Position numbers and translations under genes: made by a program. A stretch of DNA of 32,000 bases from Acholeplasma laidlawii PG-8A (GTDB lineage: Bacteria; Bacillota_I; Bacilli_A; Acholeplasmatales; Acholeplasmataceae): assembly GCF_000018785.1 (NCBI RefSeq), contig NC_010163.1, positions 900,001 to 932,000 of the forward strand. The letters run 5' to 3'. This document shows, piece by piece, positions 1 to 9,577 of this stretch; positions within the stretch are counted from its first letter, which is position 1; each line of letters opens with the position of its first letter. Under the pieces are notes generated by a model. It was not told where the DNA came from, searched no databases, and worked only from the letters and a program-made list of their open reading frames with translations.

Positions 1-2
1 AA

Positions 3-1115
3 AAAATTTATAGAAATAACCTATTCTTATACTTAGCGTATATGATACTACCAATTATTCTTTCTATATTTATTTTAATCGCATTAACTGATATCGACTT
101 TTTCTTTCAAGATGTGAACGCTAGTGAATTTGCAATCACTAATGCAGTCAATGATGTCAATGGATTACTGATTGTCGATCCAAACAATTTTGAAAATCTT
201 GATTCAGCTTATGAATCTTTCTTAATACCGGTTGGAGCAGATGGTACCCATATCATTTATGTACACGCTTCAGCAACCTTTATTACAGATACTGACTTCT
301 TTGATTCCGTCTTAGAAGGCGATGTTTACACCTATACATTGAAGGCATCAGTGCTCAATGATATCATAGATGGAAACATAAAAAAATGGCCTAATAACGC
401 CCAAATTAACTTCCATATACCCTATGATGATGTTTCACCACTAGTGGCAGGTTCTTCTGTTGACAATATCATCGAATTGACCAAAGAAAATTCAGTCCCA
501 ACAGTAGCTTTAAATGCAATATTCGCGTTTACATTAATGTTAATTATTGCAATTCCGATGGTAATCATTTCTAAACCAATTTTAATTGGAGACTTCAATT
601 TATTAAAGGTAGATAATGAAAGTGTTGGCACAGTTTTAGCAAAATCTGGTATTGGTGTGCTTTACATGTTTGGTGGTAATATTGCTGTTGGTATTCTTGT
701 CATGGCGATTTCTACAATGTTTCAAATCCCTGATCAAGTATCTGCAAATCAGTTAGCAATTAATTTAATGTTAAAGTCACCTTACTTTATTTTAATGATT
801 ATTACTGCTGTTGTTATTGGACCTATTGTTGAGGAATTGGTATTTAGAAAATCATTCTTTGGTTTAATTAAAAATGAAAACTGGGCACTTGTTATTTCTT
901 CACTAGTGTTTGGATTAATCCACATCTCAACTGAAATTCTTACAGGCGATATTGGTATGGTGATTGTAAGTAGCTTACCATATATTGCAGGTGGATTTAT
1001 ATTTGGTTACATTTACATGATTAATAAGAAAAACATTGTGATACCGATCATTGCACACATGGGTTATAATTTAATATCTGTTTTAATGTCCATGTTCTTA
1101 CTTTATGTTTTATAA
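3..1115 (+). CDS. CPBP-family (CAAX/Abi) intramembrane metalloprotease, 5' end truncated by the window
   Basis: Motifs EELVFRK, FGLIHI and AHMGYN (EExxxR / FxxxH / HxxxN) in a multi-TM protein. The frame is open upstream of the ORF-track ATG at 42 (KIYRNNLFLYLAY-MILPII...), so the gene probably starts outside the window. Confidence 0.85.
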   Translation, partial: KIYRNNLFLYLAYMILPIILSIFILIALTDIDFFFQDVNASEFAITNAVNDVNGLLIVDPNNFENLDSAYESFLIPVGADGTHIIYVHASATFITDTDFFDSVLEGDVYTYTLKASVLNDIIDGNIKKWPNNAQINFHIPYDDVSPLVAGSSVDNIIELTKENSVPTVALNAIFAFTLMLIIAIPMVIISKPILIGDFNLLKVDNESVGTVLAKSGIGVLYMFGGNIAVGILVMAISTMFQIPDQVSANQLAINLMLKSPYFILMIITAVVIGPIVEELVFRKSFFGLIKNENWALVISSLVFGLIHISTEILTGDIGMVIVSSLPYIAGGFIFGYIYMINKKNIVIPIIAHMGYNLISVLMSMFLLYVL

Positions 1116-1147
1116 AAATAATAGCAGCCAAATTGGCTGCTATTTTT
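1114..1147. terminator. Bidirectional intrinsic terminator between convergent genes
   Basis: AATAGCAGCC-AAATT-GGCTGCTATT perfect 10-bp stem flanked by A and T tracts. Confidence 0.9.
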
Positions 1148-1156
1148 GTATCGTGC

Positions 1157-2107
1157 TTAAATGAGTTGTCTAAGTACATTAACACATGCACTTAACTTAT
1201 AGTGCTGTGCATAATCAAATGCGTTTTGCTTTAATCTGTCCTTTTTTAATAAATAGCCATTATCAATAAGTGTTCTAAGTTTTAAGTGATCTCTATTTAA
1301 TACTGCTAGTGTAAGTATTTGATCATTTAATAAATTTGTATAATCTGGCGATAACTGCCATTCTTTTAATAGTTCATAAATAACGATGTCATCATTAATT
1401 TTTGCTAGATTTAATGGTGTCTCATAGCGTCTATTATATATTTCAACATATGCATCATACTTTAGTAAAAGTTGGACAATGTCTTTTTGACCAAATCTTA
1501 CGGCGTTAAACAGTGGTGTTTCAAAGTGGTCATTTAATAAATTAGGATCTAATTTATGTTCTAAAAAGTGTTCTACCATAGATACATTGGTTGTTCTAGC
1601 AGCATAATGTAAAAACGAATCTTTATTACTGTCTAAATAAAAGTATGAAGTCTTAGCGTATTCTAAGAGATATGTAACTACATCCATATGTCCTGCAAGT
1701 ATTGCATAGTGTATTGGTAATCTATCTTCATTATTTTTAGCTTTAGGGTCTGCTTTATATTCAAGTAGTAATTTAACCATATCTAGATTACCCTTATGAG
1801 CTGCCAAATGTAAAACTGTTTCATCACGGTTATTTTTGATGTCTACACGTGCATATTTAGCTAATAGTTTTTTAGCAATATTTAGTTTAGCTTTTCTGGC
1901 ACAATCAAAAAGTGCAGTTTCTCCTAATTGATCTTTTAGATTTAAATCAATTTCTTGATTTAATAAATAATCAATAACATCCATACTACTGCCTAGTACT
2001 GCATGATGAAGTAATCCCTTACCTCTTTGGTCTTTAATACCTAAAAAATCGATATGAGTCTGAAGACTAGACACATCATTATCATATGCATATTTAAATA
2101 AATCCAT
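1157..2107 (-). CDS. Ankyrin-repeat protein, no evident signal peptide
   Basis: Repeated motifs such as ETVLHLAAHKGNLDMVKLLLEYKADP, DRLPIHYAILAGHMDVVTYLLEY and ETPLFNAVRFGQKDIVQLLLKYDA; AGGAGG ribosome-binding site upstream of the ATG. Confidence 0.92.
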   Translation of the reverse strand: MDLFKYAYDNDVSSLQTHIDFLGIKDQRGKGLLHHAVLGSSMDVIDYLLNQEIDLNLKDQLGETALFDCARKAKLNIAKKLLAKYARVDIKNNRDETVLHLAAHKGNLDMVKLLLEYKADPKAKNNEDRLPIHYAILAGHMDVVTYLLEYAKTSYFYLDSNKDSFLHYAARTTNVSMVEHFLEHKLDPNLLNDHFETPLFNAVRFGQKDIVQLLLKYDAYVEIYNRRYETPLNLAKINDDIVIYELLKEWQLSPDYTNLLNDQILTLAVLNRDHLKLRTLIDNGYLLKKDRLKQNAFDYAQHYKLSACVNVLRQLI

Positions 2108-2181
2108 GATTAAAAACCTCCTATTCCTTCAAATATATTATATACTATTTCCTAAAATAAAGTTACTTGAACTCGTCTTAT

Positions 2182-2219
2182 AAAAAAAGTACACCTAAGT
2201 TGTACTTAGAAGTGTACTT
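2182..2219 (-). terminator. Intrinsic terminator downstream of the HU gene
   Basis: AAGTACAC(CT)AAGT / ACTTAGAAGTGTACTT stem with a 2-nt bulge; on the minus strand it is followed by a run of T. Confidence 0.8.
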
Positions 2220-2296
2220 GTTTACTATGATTTCTAAAAGATTAACTTGTAGATATTTGAGCCATTCTCAAGTTGCTCATAGATTTTATTAAAAGG

Positions 2297-2569
2297 CTAT
2301 TTAACTGCGTCTTTTAATAATTTACCAGCTTTGAAAGCAGGTGTTTTTTGTGCTGGGACAATAATTTCTTCACCAGTACGTGGATTTTTACCACGACGTG
2401 CAACACGATTACGTACTTCAAAAGTACCAAATCCCGTAACAACTACTTTTTCGTCTTTAGAAAGAGTTTCTGTAACGACATCTACAAACGAGTTAACGAC
2501 TTTTTCAGCCATAGCTTGAGTAACTTCAGCTTTGTCGGCAACTAATGCAACTAATTCAGTTTTGTTCAT
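2297..2569 (-). CDS. hup: HU family DNA-binding protein
   Basis: MNKTELVALVADKAEVTQ...GFGTFEVRNRVARRGKNPRTGEEI, 90 aa, classic HU signature; AGGAGG RBS. Confidence 0.98.
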   Translation of the reverse strand: MNKTELVALVADKAEVTQAMAEKVVNSFVDVVTETLSKDEKVVVTGFGTFEVRNRVARRGKNPRTGEEIIVPAQKTPAFKAGKLLKDAVK

Positions 2570-2596
2570 TTTTAATCCTCCTATTAAGATATTATG

Positions 2597-2625
2597 ATTA
2601 TAACATGATAAATCGCTTTATACAA
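2597..2625 (-). promoter_or_regulatory. Candidate sigma-A-type promoter of hup
   Basis: Minus strand TTGTAT-N17-TATAAT with an extended TGn element (TGTTATAAT). Confidence 0.75.
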
Positions 2626-2700
2626 CGATTAATACACTCTATTTTTTTAATAACCGACTAAAATTAAACATTACAGACTCAAATGTTCTCATTTTAGGCA

Positions 2701-2757
2701 TAAAAATACCCCGTAAAACGAATTATTCCATAATATGGATTCACGTTTTATGGGGTA
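2701..2757 (-). terminator. Intrinsic terminator downstream of gpsA
   Basis: TACCCCGTAAAACG (2707-2720) pairs with CGTTTTATGGGGTA (2744-2757), with one G/T-type deviation. The loop contains an inner palindrome TCCATAaTATGGA (2727-2739). T-rich 3' flank on the minus strand. Confidence 0.85.
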
Positions 2758-2780
2758 GTTCATTTAAATTAGCTTTTAAA

Positions 2781-3776
2781 TTAAGCAATAACTTCTTCTT
2801 TTAACTCTCTAGTTAATAGATTTTGAATCGCTTCTTTGACACTCATGTTATTAAAGATAACCTCATAAGTGATTTCAATAATAGGTAACTCAATTCCTGT
2901 TTGAACACATAAATCTTTTGCTGCTTGGATTGCACGAACACCTTCTACAACCATCTTAGATTCACTTAAAACTTGTTCAACTGGTGTACCTTGACCTATC
3001 TTTAAACCTGCATTAAAGTTTCTAGAATTATAACTTGAAGCTGTTACAATTAAATCTCCAATACCTGTTAAGCCAAACGCAGTTTCTTTTTTACCACCAT
3101 AGTGAACAACAACACGTACAATTTCTAGGATCCCACGTGTAATTAATGCTGCACGTGCATTTTCTCCTAAACCATAACCTGTCATCATACCCGATACGAT
3201 AGCAATCGCATTTTTAATTGCACCACCGACTTCACAGCCAATTAAATCATCTGATGTATAAACACGTAAGTAGCTTTGATTTGAAAAGAGTTGTTGAACA
3301 CTTTTTCTAAACCATTCCACATCACTTGCAGCAGTTAATACTGTAAGTTTACGTTCGATAACTTCTTCAGCATGAGATGGCCCTGTCAATACTGCGTAAG
3401 CACCAAGTAATTCTGGGGTAATTTCATCAGTTACAATTTCTGAAACACGTTTAAGTGTTACAGGTTCAATTCCTTTAGATACATTGATAAAATATAGTTT
3501 TCTAGTTGCTAGTTTATTAATATCTCTTAAGGAGTCACGCATAAACTTAGTAGGCACTGCAAGTAAAATGTAATCAGCATAATCAATAGATTCTTTCAAA
3601 TCTAATGTGGCACGAATGCCAGTAATCTTATTATCGAAAAATGGATGGATATTATTGTTAATCTTTTTAACTGCTTCAGGATTCACATCATAAATCAATG
3701 TTTCATGTCCATTATCAGTTAGTACTTGAGCAAGTGTAGTTCCCCAAGAACCGCCACCAATTACACTAATCTTCAT
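2781..3776 (-). CDS. gpsA: NAD(P)H-dependent glycerol-3-phosphate dehydrogenase
   Basis: N-terminal GGGSWGTTLAQVL, GPSHAEEV, KNAIAIVSGMMTGYG, GLGDLIVT motifs. Confidence 0.97.
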   Translation of the reverse strand: MKISVIGGGSWGTTLAQVLTDNGHETLIYDVNPEAVKKINNNIHPFFDNKITGIRATLDLKESIDYADYILLAVPTKFMRDSLRDINKLATRKLYFINVSKGIEPVTLKRVSEIVTDEITPELLGAYAVLTGPSHAEEVIERKLTVLTAASDVEWFRKSVQQLFSNQSYLRVYTSDDLIGCEVGGAIKNAIAIVSGMMTGYGLGENARAALITRGILEIVRVVVHYGGKKETAFGLTGIGDLIVTASSYNSRNFNAGLKIGQGTPVEQVLSESKMVVEGVRAIQAAKDLCVQTGIELPIIEITYEVIFNNMSVKEAIQNLLTRELKEEVIA

Positions 3777-5082
3777 AGTTATCCTTCTTTCTAAAGACGA
3801 ATTTTAACGGTGTACCCGTTAATTCAAAATTATCTCTAAACTGATTTTGTAAATAACGTTCATAACTAAAATGAATGAATACTGGATCGTTAACGAAAAT
3901 TGCAATCGTAGGTGGTTTTGTATCCACCTGTGTAGCATATGAGAAGTTTGCTTTACCATGATTGAATATAGCAGGTGGATTCATTGCTACAGCATCATAT
4001 AAAGTATCGTTCACAAGTTTTGTAGGTAATTGTTTCGTGAAGTTTTCATATACTTCTCTTAATACAGGGAATATTGTATGAACTCTTTGGTTTTCTTTAG
4101 CAGAAACAAAGACAATTGGTGCATAAGGTAAGAACTTAAACGTTTCACGGATTTCAGTTTCAAACTTCTTCATTGTCTTACTATCTTTTTCAATTAAATC
4201 CCATTTGTTCACGACAATAATACATCCACGCATATATTGCATAATATAGCCAGCAACGTGGCCGTCTTGTTCTTGTATACCTGCTGTTGCATCAAGTACA
4301 AGTAGTGCAATATCACTACGCTCAAGTGCAGTCATGGCACGTAATACAGAATACTTATCTAAGTTTTCGTATACCTTACCACGCTTTTTAATACCAGCAG
4401 TATCAATAATCGTATATTTTTGTTTATCTTTTGTAAATGTTGTATCAATTGCATCTGTGGTTGTACCAGAAATATCTGAGACGATCACACGCTCTTCACC
4501 AATAATGGCGTTAACTAATGAACTCTTACCAACATTTGGTCGACCTAGAACTGAAAAAGAAATAATCCCTTTTTCATGTACTTTTTCTTCCTCAACCATG
4601 TAACTTAATGTTTTATCTAATAAATCACCGACACCAATACCATGGTGACTGGATACTGCAATTGGATCACCAAATCCAAGTGCATAAAACTCAAAAGCAT
4701 TATGGGCATGTACAATATCATCAATTTTATTAACAGCAACAATGACAGGTTTATCTGTCTTGTAAAGTAGTTTTGCAATATAGTAATCACTATCTGTTAA
4801 ACCACTTAAGCCATCAACAACAAAAATAATGACATTTGCTTCATCCATTGCTATTTCTGCTTGGTGTTTAATTTGAGTTAAAAAAGGGGCATCACCAACA
4901 TCGATGCCCCCAGTGTCTATTAGACTAAATCGTTTAGTTAACCACTCTGCTTGAGCATAGATACGGTCTCTTGTGACACCCGCTACATCGTCCGTGATCG
5001 AAAACCTTTCACCTATTATACGATTAAACAGTGATGATTTGCCGACGTTTGGACGACCGACGATTGCTACAGTAAATGGCAT
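3766..5082 (-). CDS. der: Ribosome biogenesis GTPase Der (EngA)
   Basis: Two GTPase domains, each with GRPNVGKSS and NKxD (NKIDD, NKWDL); C-terminal KH-like domain. Confidence 0.98.
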   Translation of the reverse strand: MPFTVAIVGRPNVGKSSLFNRIIGERFSITDDVAGVTRDRIYAQAEWLTKRFSLIDTGGIDVGDAPFLTQIKHQAEIAMDEANVIIFVVDGLSGLTDSDYYIAKLLYKTDKPVIVAVNKIDDIVHAHNAFEFYALGFGDPIAVSSHHGIGVGDLLDKTLSYMVEEEKVHEKGIISFSVLGRPNVGKSSLVNAIIGEERVIVSDISGTTTDAIDTTFTKDKQKYTIIDTAGIKKRGKVYENLDKYSVLRAMTALERSDIALLVLDATAGIQEQDGHVAGYIMQYMRGCIIVVNKWDLIEKDSKTMKKFETEIRETFKFLPYAPIVFVSAKENQRVHTIFPVLREVYENFTKQLPTKLVNDTLYDAVAMNPPAIFNHGKANFSYATQVDTKPPTIAIFVNDPVFIHFSYERYLQNQFRDNFELTGTPLKFVFRKKDNYED

Positions 5083-5110
5083 CCTAAAACCTTCTTTATA
5101 TTATATTTTT

Positions 5111-6523
5111 TTATTTCTTCTTTTTATCTTTGCCTAAATTTGTATATATGTCACCTAGTGTTAGGCTTTCTGCTTCATCAGCATCACCCATATATTTTTC
5201 AAATTCTTGGCGTTCTTGTAAGTTTAATAAACGTTTAACAGATAATTTTAATACCCAGTTTTGTTTATTAAATTCAATCACTTTAGCTTTAACAGTATCA
5301 CCAACTTGGTAATACTCATCAATATTCACTTTTGGATCGTTATGTGCTTCATTTTTTGGAATGATACCATCAACAGATTCAAAAGATACTTTGACTTCTT
5401 CTTTTGTTACTTCTTCAATACGTACTTCAATATCTTGACCAACTCTTAAGTTAAGTTTAGCCCATGGATTATCTTCTAATACTTTCTTAGAAAGTGAAAT
5501 TCTTTCTTTCTTAGCATCTTTAGATAAAATAACTGCTTCAATTTCATCATCAATTTTGATGTATGCGTCAAAATTAGATTGAGGATTCCATGAATATTCA
5601 CTCTTATGAAGTAAACCTTTAACATCACGATCAAGTTCTACTAAAATACCAAATGGTAATTTAGATACGACTTTACCTTTTACTGTTTCTCCAACTTTGT
5701 GAGCTTTTAAGTATGCTTCATATGGTGTAGGTTGTAAAGCCTTCATAGATAAATCTAGACGGTTACCTTCTTTTTTGATCACTTTAACTTGAACTTTTTG
5801 TCCGATTTCTAAGACATCTTCAATTTTATCAATTCTATGATGTGACACTTGAGAAATACGTAACATACCTGATACATGTTCAAAACGTACAAATGCAGCG
5901 TGTGTTTCAAAGGATTCAACAACACCTTCTAATACAGCACCAGTTGTAATTGTTTCTAATTCTTCTTGGCGTGCTTCTTGACGTTGTTGTTGCTCTTCTT
6001 GACGACGTGCTTCAAAAATAGGTTTTCTAGTTGCAATTAATTTAGGACGTTTACGATCTGCTTTAAACTCTTCAATTAATACCACTAATGATTGTCCAAT
6101 AAGTTTATCTTTTTGATCTTTTAATTCGAAATCTAATAATGAGTAAGGTAAGAATAATTCAATTCCTTCAAAGTTTAATACTAAACCTTTATCATTAGCT
6201 GACTTAACTACAGTTTCAATTTCTAACTTTTCATCAAAAGCTTTTTGGATTTTTTCCATATTCTTTTCATGTAAAAGTGGTAATCTAGATAACATGATTA
6301 AAGATGAACGATCATCTTCACTTATTTTTTCTACCTTAGCGCGTACTTTATCGCCTTTTTTGATAACTTTTCTTAGATCCTCAGGTGCAGGTCTGTCAAA
6401 GTACTCAGCATAGATAGTTCCCTCTGTAGCTGCGTTAATGTCTAAAAGTACATAATTTTTCTTTACTTGAAAAACTTCACCTTCGATAATTTGTCCTTTT
6501 TTAGGGATTATAAAATCATTCAT
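5111..6523 (-). CDS. S1 RNA-binding domain protein (YpfD / ribosomal protein S1-like)
   Basis: About five S1-like repeats (e.g. GAVLEGVVESFETHAAFVRFEHVSGMLRISQVSHHRI; GETVKGKVVSKLPFGILVELDRDVKGLLHKSE); cmk-S1-der-gpsA-hup order. Confidence 0.93.
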   Translation of the reverse strand: MNDFIIPKKGQIIEGEVFQVKKNYVLLDINAATEGTIYAEYFDRPAPEDLRKVIKKGDKVRAKVEKISEDDRSSLIMLSRLPLLHEKNMEKIQKAFDEKLEIETVVKSANDKGLVLNFEGIELFLPYSLLDFELKDQKDKLIGQSLVVLIEEFKADRKRPKLIATRKPIFEARRQEEQQQRQEARQEELETITTGAVLEGVVESFETHAAFVRFEHVSGMLRISQVSHHRIDKIEDVLEIGQKVQVKVIKKEGNRLDLSMKALQPTPYEAYLKAHKVGETVKGKVVSKLPFGILVELDRDVKGLLHKSEYSWNPQSNFDAYIKIDDEIEAVILSKDAKKERISLSKKVLEDNPWAKLNLRVGQDIEVRIEEVTKEEVKVSFESVDGIIPKNEAHNDPKVNIDEYYQVGDTVKAKVIEFNKQNWVLKLSVKRLLNLQERQEFEKYMGDADEAESLTLGDIYTNLGKDKKKK

Positions 6524-7184
6524 TGATTACTCCTTTTGCTGACTGTATCAGCTCTATTATTTTTTTAACTGTTTGTTGCAATGACATATGTGTCGAGTCT
6601 ACCACGATTGCATCCTCTGCTTTTTTAAGTGGTGATATTTTTCTTTGTGAGTCTAGTTGATCTCTTCTTGTAATTTCTTCAATTAACTTTTCGATATCTA
6701 CTTCATAGCCTTGGTTTTGTTTATCTTGTTGCCTTCTTTTAGCACGTTCTCTTACATCAGCGATTAAAAATATTTTTAAGTCTGCATCTGGTAAGACAAC
6801 TGTACCAATATCTCTACCATCCATGATGATATTGTTTGTTTCGCCAAGTTTTTGTTGTATTTCAACTAACTTCTTCCTCACATAAGGAAAACTTGAGACT
6901 AGTGACACGTGGTCAGTGACCGCTTTAGAACGAATTTCTTTTTCAACAATACGGTCACCTATATAGATGTGATCATCTCTATAAGTTATCTGTACGTCCT
7001 CTAAAAAGCGATACTGAGATTCATCATTCATGTCAATTTGATTTTCGATGGCTAAAAGGGTGACTGCTCGGTACATGGCACCCGTATCTATATGGGTCAT
7101 ACCTAGTTTGTGCGCTACATTTTTGCTAATTGATGATTTACCGCTTCCTGCGGGACCATCAATGGCCACTTTAAATCCTGCCAT
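6516..7184 (-). CDS. cmk: Cytidylate kinase
   Basis: MAGFKVAIDGPAGSGKSSISKNVA, DTGAMYRA, IIMDGRDIGTVV. The start is revised from 7199 to 7184 because the extra codons (GTG TGG AGG AAT TTT) contain the GGAGG RBS. Confidence 0.96.
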   Translation of the reverse strand: MAGFKVAIDGPAGSGKSSISKNVAHKLGMTHIDTGAMYRAVTLLAIENQIDMNDESQYRFLEDVQITYRDDHIYIGDRIVEKEIRSKAVTDHVSLVSSFPYVRKKLVEIQQKLGETNNIIMDGRDIGTVVLPDADLKIFLIADVRERAKRRQQDKQNQGYEVDIEKLIEEITRRDQLDSQRKISPLKKAEDAIVVDSTHMSLQQTVKKIIELIQSAKGVINE

Positions 7185-7239
7185 AAAATTCCTCCACACT
7201 ACATTTTATTATACCACAAAGTAGATTTAATATCATATG

Positions 7240-7956
7240 TTAACTACGATATAAGTATTTTACTTCGTGAGATTTTAATTTTCTATAACTTCCTCGGTTA
7301 ACACCTTCTAGTGTTAGACTATCAAATCTAATACGAGTCATGTTTTTAACCTCATGTCCAAGTTGCTTGAACATGGTTTTTAGTTCTTTAGCTGATTCAT
7401 TGGTTATTATCATTTTAACTAATGTGGATTGATGTGCTTTATCAAGTTCAACAATTGCTATATCAACTGGTTTAATAATTTTGTTTTCAACCTTAATACC
7501 GCGTTTGATTTCACGGATACGCTCTTTAATCATGATACCTTTAGTACGTATAACATATTCTTTTTGAATACTTTCGCTTTGGCTTGTTAATTTCTTTGTT
7601 AATTCACCATCGTTTGTTACAAGCAATAAACCAGATGTATCATATTCAAGTTTATGTATTGGAAATAAACGAACATTTTGATCTTCTTTTAAAATAAGGT
7701 CTAAAATGTTACGACGCTTATGTATATCAGCGGTTGTAGAAAGATAACCGGTAGGTTTATTTAGTAAATAGTATACTAAAGGTTCTTTGACTAAGGGTTT
7801 GCCTTCAACAGTAATGATATCTTTAGGACTAACTTTATAGCCTAAAACATTAATGACTTCATCATTAACCTTAACCTTACCTTCTGTAATTAAATTTTCT
7901 GCTTTACGTCTGGATGCACACCCAGCCTGAGCAATGACTTTTGATAATCTTTCCAT
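7240..7956 (-). CDS. 16S/23S rRNA pseudouridine synthase, RsuA/RluB/E/F family
   Basis: S4-like N-terminus MERLSKVIAQAGCASRRKAENLI, catalytic HKLEYDTSGLLLVTNDG. Confidence 0.95.
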   Translation of the reverse strand: MERLSKVIAQAGCASRRKAENLITEGKVKVNDEVINVLGYKVSPKDIITVEGKPLVKEPLVYYLLNKPTGYLSTTADIHKRRNILDLILKEDQNVRLFPIHKLEYDTSGLLLVTNDGELTKKLTSQSESIQKEYVIRTKGIMIKERIREIKRGIKVENKIIKPVDIAIVELDKAHQSTLVKMIITNESAKELKTMFKQLGHEVKNMTRIRFDSLTLEGVNRGSYRKLKSHEVKYLYRS

Positions 7957-8020
7957 ATTTTCACCTTTAATATTATAGCATATTTAGCTTATAATTTTAA
8001 CCCTAAAATCTACATGTTTC

Positions 8021-8047
8021 AAAATAAAAAGACACTAACGGTCTTTC
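8021..8047 (-). terminator. Probable short intrinsic terminator downstream of efp
   Basis: AAAAGAC / GTCTTTC short stem; T-rich 3' side on the minus strand. Confidence 0.5.
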
Positions 8048-8065
8048 TATCTTCATAAATATAAA

Positions 8066-8623
8066 TTACGCTCTTGAAACGTAAGTACCTTCAGTTGTAT
8101 TCACGATGATCTTTTCACCAGTTTCAATGAACATTGGTACTTTAACTAAGTATCCAGACGCCAAATAAGCATCTTTCATTGCGTTAGTTTTTGTATCACC
8201 TTTAACACCAGGTACAGTTTCTTTAACTTCTAATACTAATTTTTCAGGTAAGTTTACACCAATAATTTCTGTTCCGTAAAAGTTGATTTCAACTTCTAAA
8301 CTTTCATATAAGAAATTAAGTTCGTATTCGATTTGAGATTTGTCCACTTCGATTTGTTCATAAGTTTCCATATTCATGAATACGTGTGTGTCACCTGATG
8401 CATATAAGTATTGCATTTTAATGCGGTCGATAATCGCACGTTCAACTTTATCGCCAGATTTGAAAGTTATTTCTTGAATGTTTTTTGTACGTAAATTACG
8501 TAATCTTGTATTAATTAGCGCTCCACTTCTAGCTGTTTTAGAATGTAGGAAGTCTAATATTACATAGATTTGGCCGTCAACTTCGATTGTTAAGCCTGTT
8601 TTAAAATCACTTGTAGATACCAT
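8066..8623 (-). CDS. efp: Translation elongation factor P
   Basis: [46 protein letters not shown]; C-terminal [26 protein letters not shown]. Confidence 0.98.
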
Positions 8624-8659
8624 TTTTATATTCTCCTTTGTAAAACCTTATATAGTTTA

Positions 8660-9085
8660 CTAGAAATTACTCATTTTTTCAAGTATATAAGTAACTGCAT
8701 CCATATAAGACTGCTCTTTTTTACCAAAAAATGTTTGATTTACCACATCTTTTATATAATTTATCTTTCTAAAAGCTTCTCGTTCATAAATATTTGATAA
8801 ATGAACTTCCACTTTAATTAACTTAATTGTTTCTAAACAATCTCTAATAGCAATCGACGTATGTGTATATGCACCTGCATTGATTACGATAGCATCACAT
8901 GCTGTTTCTTGAAGAAAATCAATGATTGCACCTTCATGATTACTTTGGAAAAATTCAAAGTCTACTTTAGGAAATGTATTTTGAATATGACAATTGATAT
9001 CATCAAGTGTCATCATGCCATAATGATTTACATCTCTTTTACCTAACATATTTAAATTTGGACCATGAACAATAGCTATCTTCAT
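8660..9085 (-). CDS. aroQ: 3-dehydroquinate dehydratase, type II
   Basis: HGPNLNMLGKRDVNHYGMMTLDDI, FFQSNHEGAIIDFLQ, INAGAYTHTSIAIRDCL, EVHLSNIYEREAFR. Confidence 0.97.
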   Translation of the reverse strand: MKIAIVHGPNLNMLGKRDVNHYGMMTLDDINCHIQNTFPKVDFEFFQSNHEGAIIDFLQETACDAIVINAGAYTHTSIAIRDCLETIKLIKVEVHLSNIYEREAFRKINYIKDVVNQTFFGKKEQSYMDAVTYILEKMSNF

Positions 9086-9573
9086 TTATTTTTCCAATCC
9101 GTAACAATCTTAACTAAGTCTGATACAGCTTTAGTTATATCATCACTGTTTGATACTATTTTATCAGCAAACCCTTGATATTTTAAAAATCTAATATCAT
9201 AAAGTTCTTCTAAGGTCATAGATTTTAATAAAGGTCTATCATAACTAGATTTTAATCTTTTTTCTATTGTTTCAATCGGTGTATTAATATAAATTTTTAG
9301 TCCATCCATCAAAGCTTTGTTTGCCTTCTTCATGACTATACCACCACCGGTTGAAATGACGTAATCTTTACCGATGAAATCTTTTAGGCTTTCAGTTTCA
9401 ATTTCTCTGAATTTTTCTTCGCCATACATTCCAAATATTTCATCAATGTAAAGTAAATATTTTTGTTCAATATACTGATCAAGATCGATAAATGTCTTAT
9501 TAAGTTCTACTGCTAACCTTTTACCTAACGTGGTTTTACCACTTCCCGGCATACCAATTAAATATATATTCAT
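9082..9573 (-). CDS. aroK: Shikimate kinase
   Basis: IGMPGSGKTTLGKRLA, FIDLDQYIE, FREIETESL, STGGGIV; 4-nt ATGA overlap with aroQ. Confidence 0.95.
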   Translation of the reverse strand: MNIYLIGMPGSGKTTLGKRLAVELNKTFIDLDQYIEQKYLLYIDEIFGMYGEEKFREIETESLKDFIGKDYVISTGGGIVMKKANKALMDGLKIYINTPIETIEKRLKSSYDRPLLKSMTLEELYDIRFLKYQGFADKIVSNSDDITKAVSDLVKIVTDWKNK

Positions 9574-9577
9574 AACT

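Noticed and set aside
422-631. 69-aa minus-strand ORF within the CPBP gene, plus other short antisense ORFs (e.g. 2331-2519, 2348-2545, 5130-5312, 5261-5449, 8861-9046, 11702-11920, 15572-15769, 17191-17409, 20816-21004, 26122-26304, 26201-26413, 30440-30640)
   Set aside because: Short, overlap well-supported genes on the other strand, and have low-complexity or unnatural compositions.
2230-2290. Small hairpin-like sequence TTGAG-CCATT-CTCAA downstream of hup
   Set aside because: Short stem, no T tract; the stronger terminator is the structure at 2182-2219.
4334-4603. 89-aa plus-strand ORF antisense to der
   Set aside because: Antisense shadow over conserved GTPase codons.
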